Shown one piece after another: positions 20,175 through 32,266 of a DNA stretch of 64,000 bases (within the stretch, counting starts at the first letter, position 1; every line of letters begins with the position of its first letter). Under the pieces are notes generated by a model. That model was not told the origin of the DNA. It saw nothing but the letters and a program-made list of their open reading frames with translations, and searched no databases. The DNA comes from Candidatus Multivorans sp. Its GTDB lineage: Bacteria > Acidobacteriota > Thermoanaerobaculia > Multivoradales > Multivoraceae. The position numbers were made by a program, and so were the translations under genes. The stretch is from NCBI GenBank assembly GCA_965247095.1, contig OZ251997.1:736001-800000 (forward strand), read 5' to 3'.

Positions 20175-21771
20175 GGGCGTGCGCAGTGCTTTCCAATCCT
20201 GAAATGAGCGTGAACGGGACCGTCATGGAGAGTCGAGTCGGGTCGGTCTCGGGGTAGTTCTGGGGCGGCAGACGGTTCTGCACCGTCTGCCGCCTAGGGT
20301 AGCGCCCGCTGCGAGGCCGCGGCGGTTGCGGGCGTTGTGTTCCGGCCTGGGCCGATGGTGTTGTGCGGTGTATGGCATCGGGCTGCGCGGTCTGCGGTTC
20401 AGGCGCTCCGGCGCCGGTGGGGATCGGACTCCCGGTCGATGAGTTCAAAGAGTCTGGCACGAGCCAGCTTGAGGGCGATCGCGGCGTCGAGGTCGCTCGT
20501 GGCGCCGGCCTGGTCTTGGAGGGCGGCGATGGTGACGCCGGGCCTGAGGTACCGCTCCGCGTCCGGCAGGGACTTGAGCTTCTCGAACGGCGTCATGGTG
20601 TCCTGGTAGCGGTAGCGTTTCCTGGTGCGGCCCTTCCTGTCGGTGACCTCGGTGGGAAACAGGCACGGGCGATGGAAGTTGAGGAAGGGGGTGAGCACAT
20701 CGCGTGCGAAGACGTTGATCTCGCGGGCGAAGAGCTTGGGGATGTGCCGGTATCCGAACTGGCGCCGGATCACGTTGCCGTTCTTGCTCTCGACCAGGGC
20801 GTTGTCGTTGGTGTGCCGGCTGCGGGACTTGGTGAACTCGGGGACGTGCAGTTGGTTGAGCATCTCGGCGACCTTGCGGTTGATGTACTCGGAGCCGTTG
20901 TCGGCGTGGAAGCCCAGCACCTTGAAGGGGCAGGACTCGATGAGCTCCTTGAGCACCGGCACGAGACACCGTTGGGAGATGGCCCGTACCGTCGCCACGT
21001 GCTCCCACTGCAACACCTCGTCCACGAGGTTGATGTGGTACACGCCCTTCTCGCCGTCTTTGTCCCCCTGATGCACCGTGTCCACCCGCAGGTAGCCCGG
21101 CTTCCCCTCCGGCTGGGGCTTGCGTCGTTCCCCGATCCCGACCGCGGTCGACCGCGTCTTCTTGAACGTCGTCCGGCGCCGCTGGTAGGTGGTCGACTTG
21201 CGCAGGTTGTAGAACTGGCCGTTCGAGATCACAGCCAGACGCTCGAAGCGCTCGTCGCCGTACACCTCGAACTGGCGCCGCATCACCGCCCGCGTGCTGT
21301 GACCGCACATCTGGCCCAGTGCCGCGTCGACCTCGGCGAGAAGGCCGATGTCGGCCTTCGTGTAACGCCGCCCGAATGCGTGAGGCGGCGCACCGCGGCG
21401 GTCCTCGATGCGGCCCGTCTCCCGGTGCTGCCGGATCAGCCGCGTCAACTGCGACTCGGACTTCCCGGTCATCTTCATCAGGTAGCGCCGAATCATGCCC
21501 TTGTCGCGCCTCACAAGCGCCCGGTAGCGGAACCTGACCAGCGTCTCACGGATGAACTCGTACGTCGATCCGCGGTCCACCACCACGAAGTCCACCGCCT
21601 CGTTGCCGGCCACGAAACTGCGGACCTCACAAAGAGTCTGAAGTCGGCCTGTCTGGAGCGTCACGATCATCCTCCGATGATCCCCGATACCGGCGCTTCA
21701 CGCTCACTTCTCGCTGGATTCACGCACCCCGCTCACGCTCACTTCTCGCTGGACAGCTCTTGCGCTTGACA
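20175..21771 (-). mobile_element. Insertion sequence (DDE/integrase-core; IS481/IS1202-like), boundaries approximate
   Basis: Transposase flanked by repeated subterminal motif TCACGCTCACTTCTCGCTGGA (two copies, ~21698-21753) and an imperfect inverted copy TCCAATCCTGAAATGAGCGTGAA (~20192-20214); right end ...GCTTGACA; no target duplication found. Confidence 0.65.
20399..21670 (-). CDS. DDE transposase, integrase core domain
   Basis: PGYLRVDTVHQG, FHADNGSEYIN, FTKSR....NDNALVESKN, NFHRP, TPFEKL. Confidence 0.9.
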   Translation of the reverse strand: MIVTLQTGRLQTLCEVRSFVAGNEAVDFVVVDRGSTYEFIRETLVRFRYRALVRRDKGMIRRYLMKMTGKSESQLTRLIRQHRETGRIEDRRGAPPHAFGRRYTKADIGLLAEVDAALGQMCGHSTRAVMRRQFEVYGDERFERLAVISNGQFYNLRKSTTYQRRRTTFKKTRSTAVGIGERRKPQPEGKPGYLRVDTVHQGDKDGEKGVYHINLVDEVLQWEHVATVRAISQRCLVPVLKELIESCPFKVLGFHADNGSEYINRKVAEMLNQLHVPEFTKSRSRHTNDNALVESKNGNVIRRQFGYRHIPKLFAREINVFARDVLTPFLNFHRPCLFPTEVTDRKGRTRKRYRYQDTMTPFEKLKSLPDAERYLRPGVTIAALQDQAGATSDLDAAIALKLARARLFELIDRESDPHRRRSA

Positions 21772-21794
21772 CGGTGAGCCCGAGCGCGCACAAT
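21766..21794 (+). promoter_or_regulatory. Putative promoter of the lysine operon
   Basis: TTGACA (21766-71), 17 nt, CACAAT (21789-94). Confidence 0.55.
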
Positions 21795-21858
21795 CCGCGC
21801 TCACCCCCTTTTCCTGAGCCGCTCCCTTCCGGGCTGGCACCGCGCGAAGAACCGCGAC

Positions 21859-21951
21859 ATGACTCACCGGACACACGCCTCGTCTCTGCTCAAGCGGCTG
21901 CACAAGCCGGGCGCGAAGCCCCGGCTCCAGGACTGGGCGCCTTACCCATAG
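21859..21951 (+). CDS. Putative leader peptide (30 aa, three Lys codons) of the lysine operon
   Basis: MTHRTHASSLLKRLHKPGAKPRLQDWAPYP*; lies between the promoter and a terminator upstream of homocitrate synthase. Confidence 0.55.
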   Translation: MTHRTHASSLLKRLHKPGAKPRLQDWAPYP

Positions 21952-21975
21952 AGTTCCTTCGTAGATAGACCTTTC

Positions 21976-22011
21976 GGCCGGCCGTCCAGTTCTGGGCGCG
22001 CCGGCCTTTTT
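21976..22011 (+). terminator. Intrinsic terminator/attenuator in the lysine operon leader
   Basis: GGCCGGCCGTCCAG-TT-CTGGGCGCGCCGGCC followed by TTTTT, 21 nt before ATG 22033. Confidence 0.8.
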
Positions 22012-22032
22012 GTCGGTAGAGGAGCAAAGTTC

Positions 22033-23214
22033 ATGGCCTCTCATCCAGCAACCGTCGACTCCCATCCGGCGATCATCGAATCGACCCTTCGCGAAGGCGA
22101 GCAGTTCGCCAACGCCTTCTTCGACAGTGAGCAGAAGGTGGAGATCGCGTCCCTGCTCGACGCGTTTGGGGTCGAGTACCTCGAGCTCACTTCGCCGGCG
22201 GCCAGCCGTCGCAGCCGGGACGACTGCGAACGCGTGGCGAAGCTCGGGCTCCGCGCGAAGGTGCTGACCCACACCCGCTGTCACCTGGGCGACGCGAAGC
22301 TGGCCCTCGAAACCGGCGTCGACGGCATCGACGTCGTGTTCGGCACCTCCCGCTACCTGCGGGAGTACTCGCACGGCAAGAGCATGAACGAGGTGATCGA
22401 GACCGCGGTCGAGGTCGTCGAGTACATTCGGTCGCACGATGTCGAGGTCCGCTTCAGCACCGAGGACTCGTTCCGCAGCGAGCTGGCCGACCTGATCCGC
22501 GCCTACCGGGCCGTGAACGCCGTCGGCGTGAACCGCGTGGGCGTCGCGGACACCGTCGGCGTCGCGAGTCCCCGGCAGGTCTACGACCTGGTTCGCCGGC
22601 TGCGCCAGGAAGTGGACTGCGATATCGAGTTCCACGGCCACAACGACACCGGTTGCGCGGTGGCCAACGCGTTCTGCGCCCTGGAGGCGGGGGCGACGCA
22701 CGTCGACACGTCGGTGCTCGGGATCGGCGAGCGGAACGGCATCACGCCGCTCGGGGGCCTGGTGGCGCGCCTCTACGCGGAGGATCCGGAAGCGATTCGC
22801 GCGCGCTACGACCTGCCGCTGCTGCGCGAGATCGAGAACTACGTCGCCTCCCTGGTCGAGGTCGACGTGCCGTTCAACAACTACATCACCGGCTACACGG
22901 CGTTCACGCACAAGGCGGGCATTCACGCGAAGGCGATCCTCAACGATCCGTCGAGCTACGAGATTCTCGATCCGGCGGACTTCGGGCTCGACCGGTACGT
23001 TCACGTCGCCCACCGGCTGACCGGGTGGAACGCGATCAAGTCCCGCGTCGAGCAGTTGCGGCTCGAGCTCAGCGATGCGCAGATCAAGGAAATCACCGCG
23101 CACATCAAGGCGCTGGCGGACGAGAAGCCGCTCAGTCTCTCGGACGTGGACACGCTGCTGCGCAACTACCACACGGCGGCGCCGGCGCCGGCGGTCGCCG
23201 GAGCGACCGGGTGA
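22033..23214 (+). CDS. Homocitrate synthase (Lys21/Thermus Hcs type)
   Basis: [70 protein letters not shown]. Confidence 0.92.
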   Translation: MASHPATVDSHPAIIESTLREGEQFANAFFDSEQKVEIASLLDAFGVEYLELTSPAASRRSRDDCERVAKLGLRAKVLTHTRCHLGDAKLALETGVDGIDVVFGTSRYLREYSHGKSMNEVIETAVEVVEYIRSHDVEVRFSTEDSFRSELADLIRAYRAVNAVGVNRVGVADTVGVASPRQVYDLVRRLRQEVDCDIEFHGHNDTGCAVANAFCALEAGATHVDTSVLGIGERNGITPLGGLVARLYAEDPEAIRARYDLPLLREIENYVASLVEVDVPFNNYITGYTAFTHKAGIHAKAILNDPSSYEILDPADFGLDRYVHVAHRLTGWNAIKSRVEQLRLELSDAQIKEITAHIKALADEKPLSLSDVDTLLRNYHTAAPAPAVAGATG

Positions 23215-24566
23215 GCGAGTCCGGTCGGCCGGCCGACACCGCCCGCGCCTTCGCGCAGAAGGCTCTGGCCCGGGCCAGCGGCCTGGAGACGGTGGCGGTC
23301 GGCGAGATCGTTGACGCGCGTCCCGACATCGTGCTCAGCCACGACAACACGGCGCCGATCGCCGAGATCTGGCGGCAGTTCGGGCAGTCGCGGGTCGCGA
23401 TTCCGGAGAGGATGGCCGTCACCCTCGACCACGCGGTGCCCGCGCCGACCGTGCGTCACGCCCAGAACCACGCAGAAGTTCGCGCCTTCGTCGCCGAGCA
23501 GGGCGTGGGCCACTTCTTCGAAATCGGTCGCGGCATCTGCCACCAGGTCCTGAGCGAGGAGGCGATTGTGCTGCCGGGCGACACCATCCTCGGCTCGGAT
23601 TCCCATACCCCGCACTTCGGCTGGCTGGGGGCGTTCGGCGCCGGCGTCGGCCGCAGCGAGATGGCCGTGCTGTGGGCCACCGGCGAACTCTGGCTGCGGG
23701 TGCCGGAGTCGCTGCGAATCCGGCTCGAGGGCGTGCTCGGCGAGTGGGTGACGACGAAGGACGTGGCGCTGACGCTGATCGGCGACCTGGGCGCCGACGG
23801 CGCGCTCTACCGCAGCGTCGAGTTCAGCGGTCCGGGGATCGCGACCCTGAGCCTCGACTCCCGCGCGGCACTGGTCAACATGATGGCCGAGATGGGGGCC
23901 AAGAACGCCTGGATGCCGCCGGACGGGGCTGTGTTCGACTACCTGGCGGAGCGTCTCATCGCGCGTCCGGGCCGGCGCCCGGGCCGCGGTGCTGAGTCGG
24001 GCGAGACCGCGGCCGAGGTTGCGGCGCGACTTGAGGAGCGGGCCCTCTACCCCGATCCAGACGCTGAATACGCGGCCGAGCACCGGCTCGATCTGTCCAC
24101 GGTGGAACCCCGGGTGGCGCGCCCGCACCAGGTGGACGACACGGTCCCGGTCGGGGAACTCGATTCGGTACGGGTGGGCCAGGCGTTCATCGGCACATGC
24201 ACGAACGGCCGCCTTGAGGATCTCGGCGCGGTTCACCGGGTGATGGCGGGGCGGCGCACCGCTCCGGGCACCCGGATGGTCATCGTCCCGGCCTCGAGCG
24301 AGGTCTGGAGCGAGGCCCTGGCGCGCGGCTGGGTGGCCGACCTGGCGGCCGCCGGCGCCGTCTTTGGGACCCCGGGCTGCGGCCCGTGCATGGGCAACCA
24401 CCTCGGCGTGCTGGCGCCGGGCGAGGTCTGCATCTCGGGCGCCAACCGGAACTTTCAGGGGCGGATGGGCGACCGCGGCGCGGAGATCTACCTCGCATCG
24501 CCCGCCGTCGTCGCGGCGAGCGCCGTCGCCGGCCGGATCGTCCACCCGCGGGAGGTGGTCGGGTGA
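23211..24566 (+). CDS. Homoaconitase / 3-isopropylmalate dehydratase-type large subunit
   Basis: [48 protein letters not shown]; GTG start overlaps the hcs stop. Confidence 0.9.
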   Translation: MSESGRPADTARAFAQKALARASGLETVAVGEIVDARPDIVLSHDNTAPIAEIWRQFGQSRVAIPERMAVTLDHAVPAPTVRHAQNHAEVRAFVAEQGVGHFFEIGRGICHQVLSEEAIVLPGDTILGSDSHTPHFGWLGAFGAGVGRSEMAVLWATGELWLRVPESLRIRLEGVLGEWVTTKDVALTLIGDLGADGALYRSVEFSGPGIATLSLDSRAALVNMMAEMGAKNAWMPPDGAVFDYLAERLIARPGRRPGRGAESGETAAEVAARLEERALYPDPDAEYAAEHRLDLSTVEPRVARPHQVDDTVPVGELDSVRVGQAFIGTCTNGRLEDLGAVHRVMAGRRTAPGTRMVIVPASSEVWSEALARGWVADLAAAGAVFGTPGCGPCMGNHLGVLAPGEVCISGANRNFQGRMGDRGAEIYLASPAVVAASAVAGRIVHPREVVG

Positions 24567-25216
24567 ACGGCCCGGTCGATGTCGGGCGACCGTTCCGGGG
24601 CCGGGTCTTCCGTTACGGCGACCACGTGAACACGGACGTCATATTCCCGGGCCGCTACACCTACACGAAGAGCCGGCCGGAGGAGGTCGCGCCCCACGCG
24701 CTCGAGGACCTCGACCCGACGTTCGTTGCGCGTGTGCGGTTGGGCGACGTGATCGTCGCCGGCTGGAACTGGGGCTGCGGCTCGAGCCGCGAGCAGGCCG
24801 CGGTGTGCCTCCGCTACGTCGGGGTCGGCGCGGTGATCGCCCGGAGCTTCGGGCGCATCTTCTACCGCAACGCGCTGAACAACGGCCTGCTCGCGATCGT
24901 CTGCCCGGAGGCCGTCGATGCGTTGGAGGAGGGCGCGGAGGTGGAGGTCGATCTCGAGGGGTCGGTGATCCGCTGCCTCGGTGACTCCGAGTCCGCGAGC
25001 GCGGCTTCCGCACCTGGGCACCCGGGTGGCGCGACCTCATCCGGATCCGCGCGGCAACAGTTCGTCTTCGTCGAGTTCAGCCCCGCCGTGCGTTCGATGA
25101 TCGCGGCCGGCGGCCTGATCGAACAGACGAAGCGGCGCCTGGCGGCGAGCCCTGGCAAGGCGGGCGTCCCGCCCGGGCCTGGGAACGCGGGCGTCTCGCC
25201 CGCATCCGGCGATTGA
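24563..25216 (+). CDS. Homoaconitase / LeuD-type small subunit
   Basis: [37 protein letters not shown]. Confidence 0.9.
   Translation: MNGPVDVGRPFRGRVFRYGDHVNTDVIFPGRYTYTKSRPEEVAPHALEDLDPTFVARVRLGDVIVAGWNWGCGSSREQAAVCLRYVGVGAVIARSFGRIFYRNALNNGLLAIVCPEAVDALEEGAEVEVDLEGSVIRCLGDSESASAASAPGHPGGATSSGSARQQFVFVEFSPAVRSMIAAGGLIEQTKRRLAASPGKAGVPPGPGNAGVSPASGD
25178..25211 (+). repeat. REP-like palindromic repeat family A (34 bp)
   Basis: CCTGGGAACGCGGGCGTCTCGCCCGCATCCGGCG; identical inverted copy at 36050-36083, 2-mismatch copy at 25590-25623, degenerate copies at 25151-25177 and 27172-27234. Confidence 0.85.
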
Positions 25217-25228
25217 GATGACCCCCTC

Positions 25229-26329
25229 ATGAACTCCGCCACTCAGCCCATCCGCCTCGCCCGCATCGGCGGCGACGGCATCGGCCCCGAGGTTGTGGAC
25301 GCGGCGGTGCGGGTCGTTGACGCGGTCTGGGGCGGCGGGGTGGAATGGGTCGAAGCCGAGATGGGCTGGCATACCTTCGAGAGCACCGGCAGCGCGCTTC
25401 CGGAGGCAACAGTCGATCTCCTCGAAGGCTGTGCCGGCGCGCTGTTCGGCGCCGTCTCGTCGCCGAGCCATGCGGTGGCCGGGTATCGCAGCCCGATCGT
25501 CGAGCTGCGGCGGCGCCTCGATCTCTTCGCGAACGTGCGGCCGCTCCGCGCGATGGCTGGCGCGGACGGCTCCGACGCCGGCTCTCCGACCTGGAAACGC
25601 GGGCGTCTCGCCCGTATCCGGCGAAGTCCTGGCCGTTGGCCCGCAGTCGACGCCGTCGTCGTGCGCGAGAACACCGAGGGCCTCTACTCCGGCCGGGAGC
25701 ATTGGGAGAGCGAGGGCGAGGTAGCGATCGCCGAGCGGGTGATCAGCCGTGCCGCGACGGAACGGATCGCCCGCTTCGCCTGCGAACTGGCGACGTCACG
25801 CGCGGCCTCACATGGCAGGCCGGCCCGGCTCACCGTCGTCCACAAGGCGAACGTCCTACGCCTGAGCGACGGCCTGTTCCGCGAGACGGCGCTCGACGTC
25901 GCGGCCGGCTTTCCGGAGGTCGAGGTCGAGGAGCAACTCGTTGACTCCATGGTCTACCGGCTCATCCTGGAGCCGGAGCGCTACGACGTGATCGTGGCGC
26001 CGAACCTCTACGGCGACATTCTGAGCGACGCCGGCGTCGCCCTGGTCGGTGGATTGGGCGTAGTCGGCTCCGCCAACTGCGGCGAGCGCTTCTGCCTCGC
26101 CGAACCGGTCCACGGCAGCGCGCCGGACATCGCGGGGCAGGGGATCGCGAATCCGATCGCCGCAGTGTCCGCCGCGGCTCTGCTGCTGGAGCGAGTGGGC
26201 CTGGTGGACGGGGCCGCCCGTCTTGAGCGACTTCTTGCCGACCACCGCGCGGACGGACTGAGGACCCCCGACCGCGGCGGCGCGGCGACGACGGAGGAGG
26301 CGGTCGCGGATCTGCTGGCGCGGGTGTGA
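25229..26329 (+). CDS. Homoisocitrate / isopropylmalate dehydrogenase family
   Basis: GDGIGPEV, LFGAVSSP, Y.SPIV.LR, RENTEGLY, VHKANVL, PNLYGDILSD, EPVHGSAPDIAG. Confidence 0.9.
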   Translation: MNSATQPIRLARIGGDGIGPEVVDAAVRVVDAVWGGGVEWVEAEMGWHTFESTGSALPEATVDLLEGCAGALFGAVSSPSHAVAGYRSPIVELRRRLDLFANVRPLRAMAGADGSDAGSPTWKRGRLARIRRSPGRWPAVDAVVVRENTEGLYSGREHWESEGEVAIAERVISRAATERIARFACELATSRAASHGRPARLTVVHKANVLRLSDGLFRETALDVAAGFPEVEVEEQLVDSMVYRLILEPERYDVIVAPNLYGDILSDAGVALVGGLGVVGSANCGERFCLAEPVHGSAPDIAGQGIANPIAAVSAAALLLERVGLVDGAARLERLLADHRADGLRTPDRGGAATTEEAVADLLARV

Positions 26330-26373
26330 GCGGGTCGTGTCCGACCAGAAGCTCTTGCCCGGACACGACCCGC
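26330..26373 (+). terminator. 14-bp perfect inverted repeat directly after the lysine operon
   Basis: GCGGGTCGTGTCCG...CGGACACGACCCGC; no U-tract. Confidence 0.5.
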
Positions 26374-26430
26374 GGCTCGGAGTCGCGACTGTGAAGCGGT
26401 AGGCTCTTCGACTATAAGGGGTTCGAGGGA

Positions 26431-26745
26431 ATGATCGATCAGGAGACGCTCGACGAGATCATCCGGCGCGTCGTGGAGGCGGCCGAACCAGAGAGGATCG
26501 TCCTGTTCGGGTCCGCTGGGCGCGGCGACATGGGGCCGCACAGCGACGTGGACTTGCTGGTGGTTGCCAAGGGCGGTGATCGCTGGGATGTCACGACACG
26601 GGTCTATGAGCGGTTGGCAGGTGTGGGCGTGCCAGTCGACGCCGTCCTCGTGACGCCGGCGGATCTGGAGCGCTACAAGGACAGCCTCGGACTGGTCTAC
26701 AAGCCAGCCCTGGCTGAGGGACGGGTCGTGTATGAAGCCGCCTGA
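26431..26745 (+). CDS. Minimal nucleotidyltransferase (MNT) antitoxin
   Basis: LFGS..RG.....SDVDLLVV. Confidence 0.9.
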   Translation: MIDQETLDEIIRRVVEAAEPERIVLFGSAGRGDMGPHSDVDLLVVAKGGDRWDVTTRVYERLAGVGVPVDAVLVTPADLERYKDSLGLVYKPALAEGRVVYEAA

Positions 26746-27124
26746 GCGCTTTCCGCCCGACGATCCCCGCGAGTGGTTGAACCGCGCCCGAAGCAATCTG
26801 GAGCTGGCGCGAGCCAGGAGACCGGGTGTATATCTAGAAGACCTTTGTTTCGAGTTGCAGCAGGCCGCCGAGAAGGCGATCAAGGCGGTCATACTCTCGC
26901 GCGGAATCGAACCTCCGTACACTCACGATCTGGCCGCCTTGCGGTCCGTGCTGGAGGATGGTGGCGAGGAGATTCCGGGCGCGGTCCAGCGCTGCGTGCG
27001 ACTAACCGTCTATGCGGTCGGGGCGCGCTACCCGGCCCTCAAACAGGCTGTGACCGAGCAGGAGTACCTGGACGCTATGGAGATCGCCGAGACGGTCGTC
27101 CGATGGGCTGGAGAGAACTGGTGA
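26732..27124 (+). CDS. HEPN domain protein
   Basis: W...A...L, CF..QQAAEKAIKA, THDL, Y....RYP; overlaps MNT. Confidence 0.9.
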   Translation: MKPPERFPPDDPREWLNRARSNLELARARRPGVYLEDLCFELQQAAEKAIKAVILSRGIEPPYTHDLAALRSVLEDGGEEIPGAVQRCVRLTVYAVGARYPALKQAVTEQEYLDAMEIAETVVRWAGENW

Positions 27125-27171
27125 GTCCTCTTCGTGGTTGTCGAGTCAGTTGTCTGCGCTGACCTGATCGA

Positions 27172-27234
27172 GATGCGGGCAAGATGCCCGCGTTCCCAGA
27201 GGTTCGGATGCGGGCAGGATGCCCGCGTTCCCTG
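27172..27234 (-). repeat. Two tandem intergenic copies of REP-like family A
   Basis: GATGCGGGCA(A/G)GATGCCCGCGTTCCC twice between convergent genes. Confidence 0.8.
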
Positions 27235-27259
27235 AGGCCTCGGCTGTGGCCGCGCAGCC

Positions 27260-30640
<3,381 letters not shown>

Positions 30641-30715
30641 GGTGCGGCGGGGGTCCCTGTGACCAAGCGGCGTGCTCCTTCGCTCAAGGCTGCCAGAGAT
30701 AGTTGAACTTGACGA

Positions 30716-32200
30716 TCAGCTCGCGGCGGGCGGTTCCCGGTCGCTTAAGGTCGGAGCGTCCCAGTTGTGGTTGTAGACAACGAAGAGGTTGGCGCCGGGC
30801 TTGTAGATCCAGTTGAAGCGCACGTTGATGCCGGCCAGCTCTGCTTCGTCGTTGTACTGGGCGAGGGTATTGAGGCGCGGGTCCGGGCTGAAGGCGGCAT
30901 CGAGGCGGACGGTGTAGATCGTGGTGGTGAACTCGCCCTGCGGCAGCACGACATCGTTGAAGTTCCAGGAGAACTCGGTCAACAGATGGCGCGAGAGGCG
31001 GACGAAGTTCGACAGCATGAAGCTGCGGCGATCGCCGCTCATGAACTCACCGATGTTGATGTTGCCGCGCCAGGCGAACCGCCGCCCCTGGTTGGAGAAG
31101 CCCCGCAGAAAGATCGAGTTGAAGCGATACAGGCCCGCGGGGATCACGATTCCGGGGCGGATCTCGAAGGGTTCGAAGAGTTGCTCCACTTCGTCGACAA
31201 AGGCCAAGCGAAAACGGTCGTCCCCGGTGGTGCGCATCCCGATGGGCGCCACGAGGAGCCTGCGGCTTTCCACCCGGCCCAGACTCTCGCGCTCGAAGTA
31301 GTCGAGTTCGGCCTCGAGCGTCAGGCTGCGGACGACGCCGCGGTTGATCCGCGGTTCCCATCGTAGCCTCGGGTTGTAGCGGCGGAAGTCCCGACGCAGG
31401 AGAAAGCCGGCGCCGGGATTGAAGTCGCCTTGGGCCTCCATCAGATCGACGTTGGCGCGCAAGCTGCGCGCCGTGTAGCCGTAGCCGGTGCCGAAGGCGT
31501 CTCCGCTCCGCCCCTGATCCTCGCTGGCGGCCCCGAACAGGTAGAAGGCGGACTGCCGGTTCGGCTTGTAGTCGAGATCGACGCCGTAGAGCCGGTTCGT
31601 CCCGCCACCGCGCGGATCGAGTTGGGTGTAGATCATGCCGACACTGGAACGCTGCCCGAGATCGCGTTTGAGCCGGACGACACTGTGCTGGGTGGCGTCG
31701 GCCGCGGGCCGGTTCCCCGCCGCAGCGGCCTCGGTCCCTACGGTCAGCAGGCCGAGGTTCCAGGCGCCGGCCCGCCCGGTGAGACGGGTGCCGAGATCGA
31801 TGGGAACCTCTTCGCCGCCATCGAGACCGATGCGCCTGGAGAAGAAGGCATTCATCAGGGGAGGCTGATTGGCTCCCTGACTCGGCGGACCGAACTCGAA
31901 GATGCCCGCGTTCTCCAGGAAGAACTCCCTCTTCTCGGGAAAGAAGAGCGAGAAGCGGGTGAGGTCGATGCCGGTGAGGTCGCCGGCGAGCGAGACCCAA
32001 TGCGCTGCATACAGACGGCTGACGGCGCGCGGGCCGATCTCGCGTCCGATCGCCGCCCAGTAGCTCTCTTCGTTCGTCCGGCGGACGACCCGGCGAACGT
32101 TCAGCCCCCACGTGCTCTGCCCGGGGTCGAAGCGCAGGGTCGAGAAGGGGATCGCGACCTCGGCCTGCCAGCCCTCTGTCGTTCTCCTGGCCCCAGCCAC
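30716..32200 (-). pseudogene. Truncated DUF5916/CBM9-like outer membrane protein remnant
   Basis: Begins mid-domain (GW.AE.AIPF.TLRF, WG.N..R); jumps from GDLTG directly to LTRFSLFFPEKREFFLE; has FFSRRIG; no signal peptide or RBS and an atypical C-terminus. Confidence 0.6.
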
Positions 32201-32266
32201 CGGGGCTTGGCGGGCGTTGAGGCTGCCTGACGCGCCTGCCGGTGCTCCCGACCACTGCTCCTCTGC

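Noticed and set aside
21800-22030. Lysine riboswitch
   Set aside because: No AGAGG(T/C)GC start or other L-box consensus blocks recognised; a uORF plus terminator explains the leader better.
22033-23214. nifV / nitrogen fixation
   Set aside because: Motifs are of the Lys21/Hcs type, neighbours are aconitase and dehydrogenase genes, and no nif genes are present.
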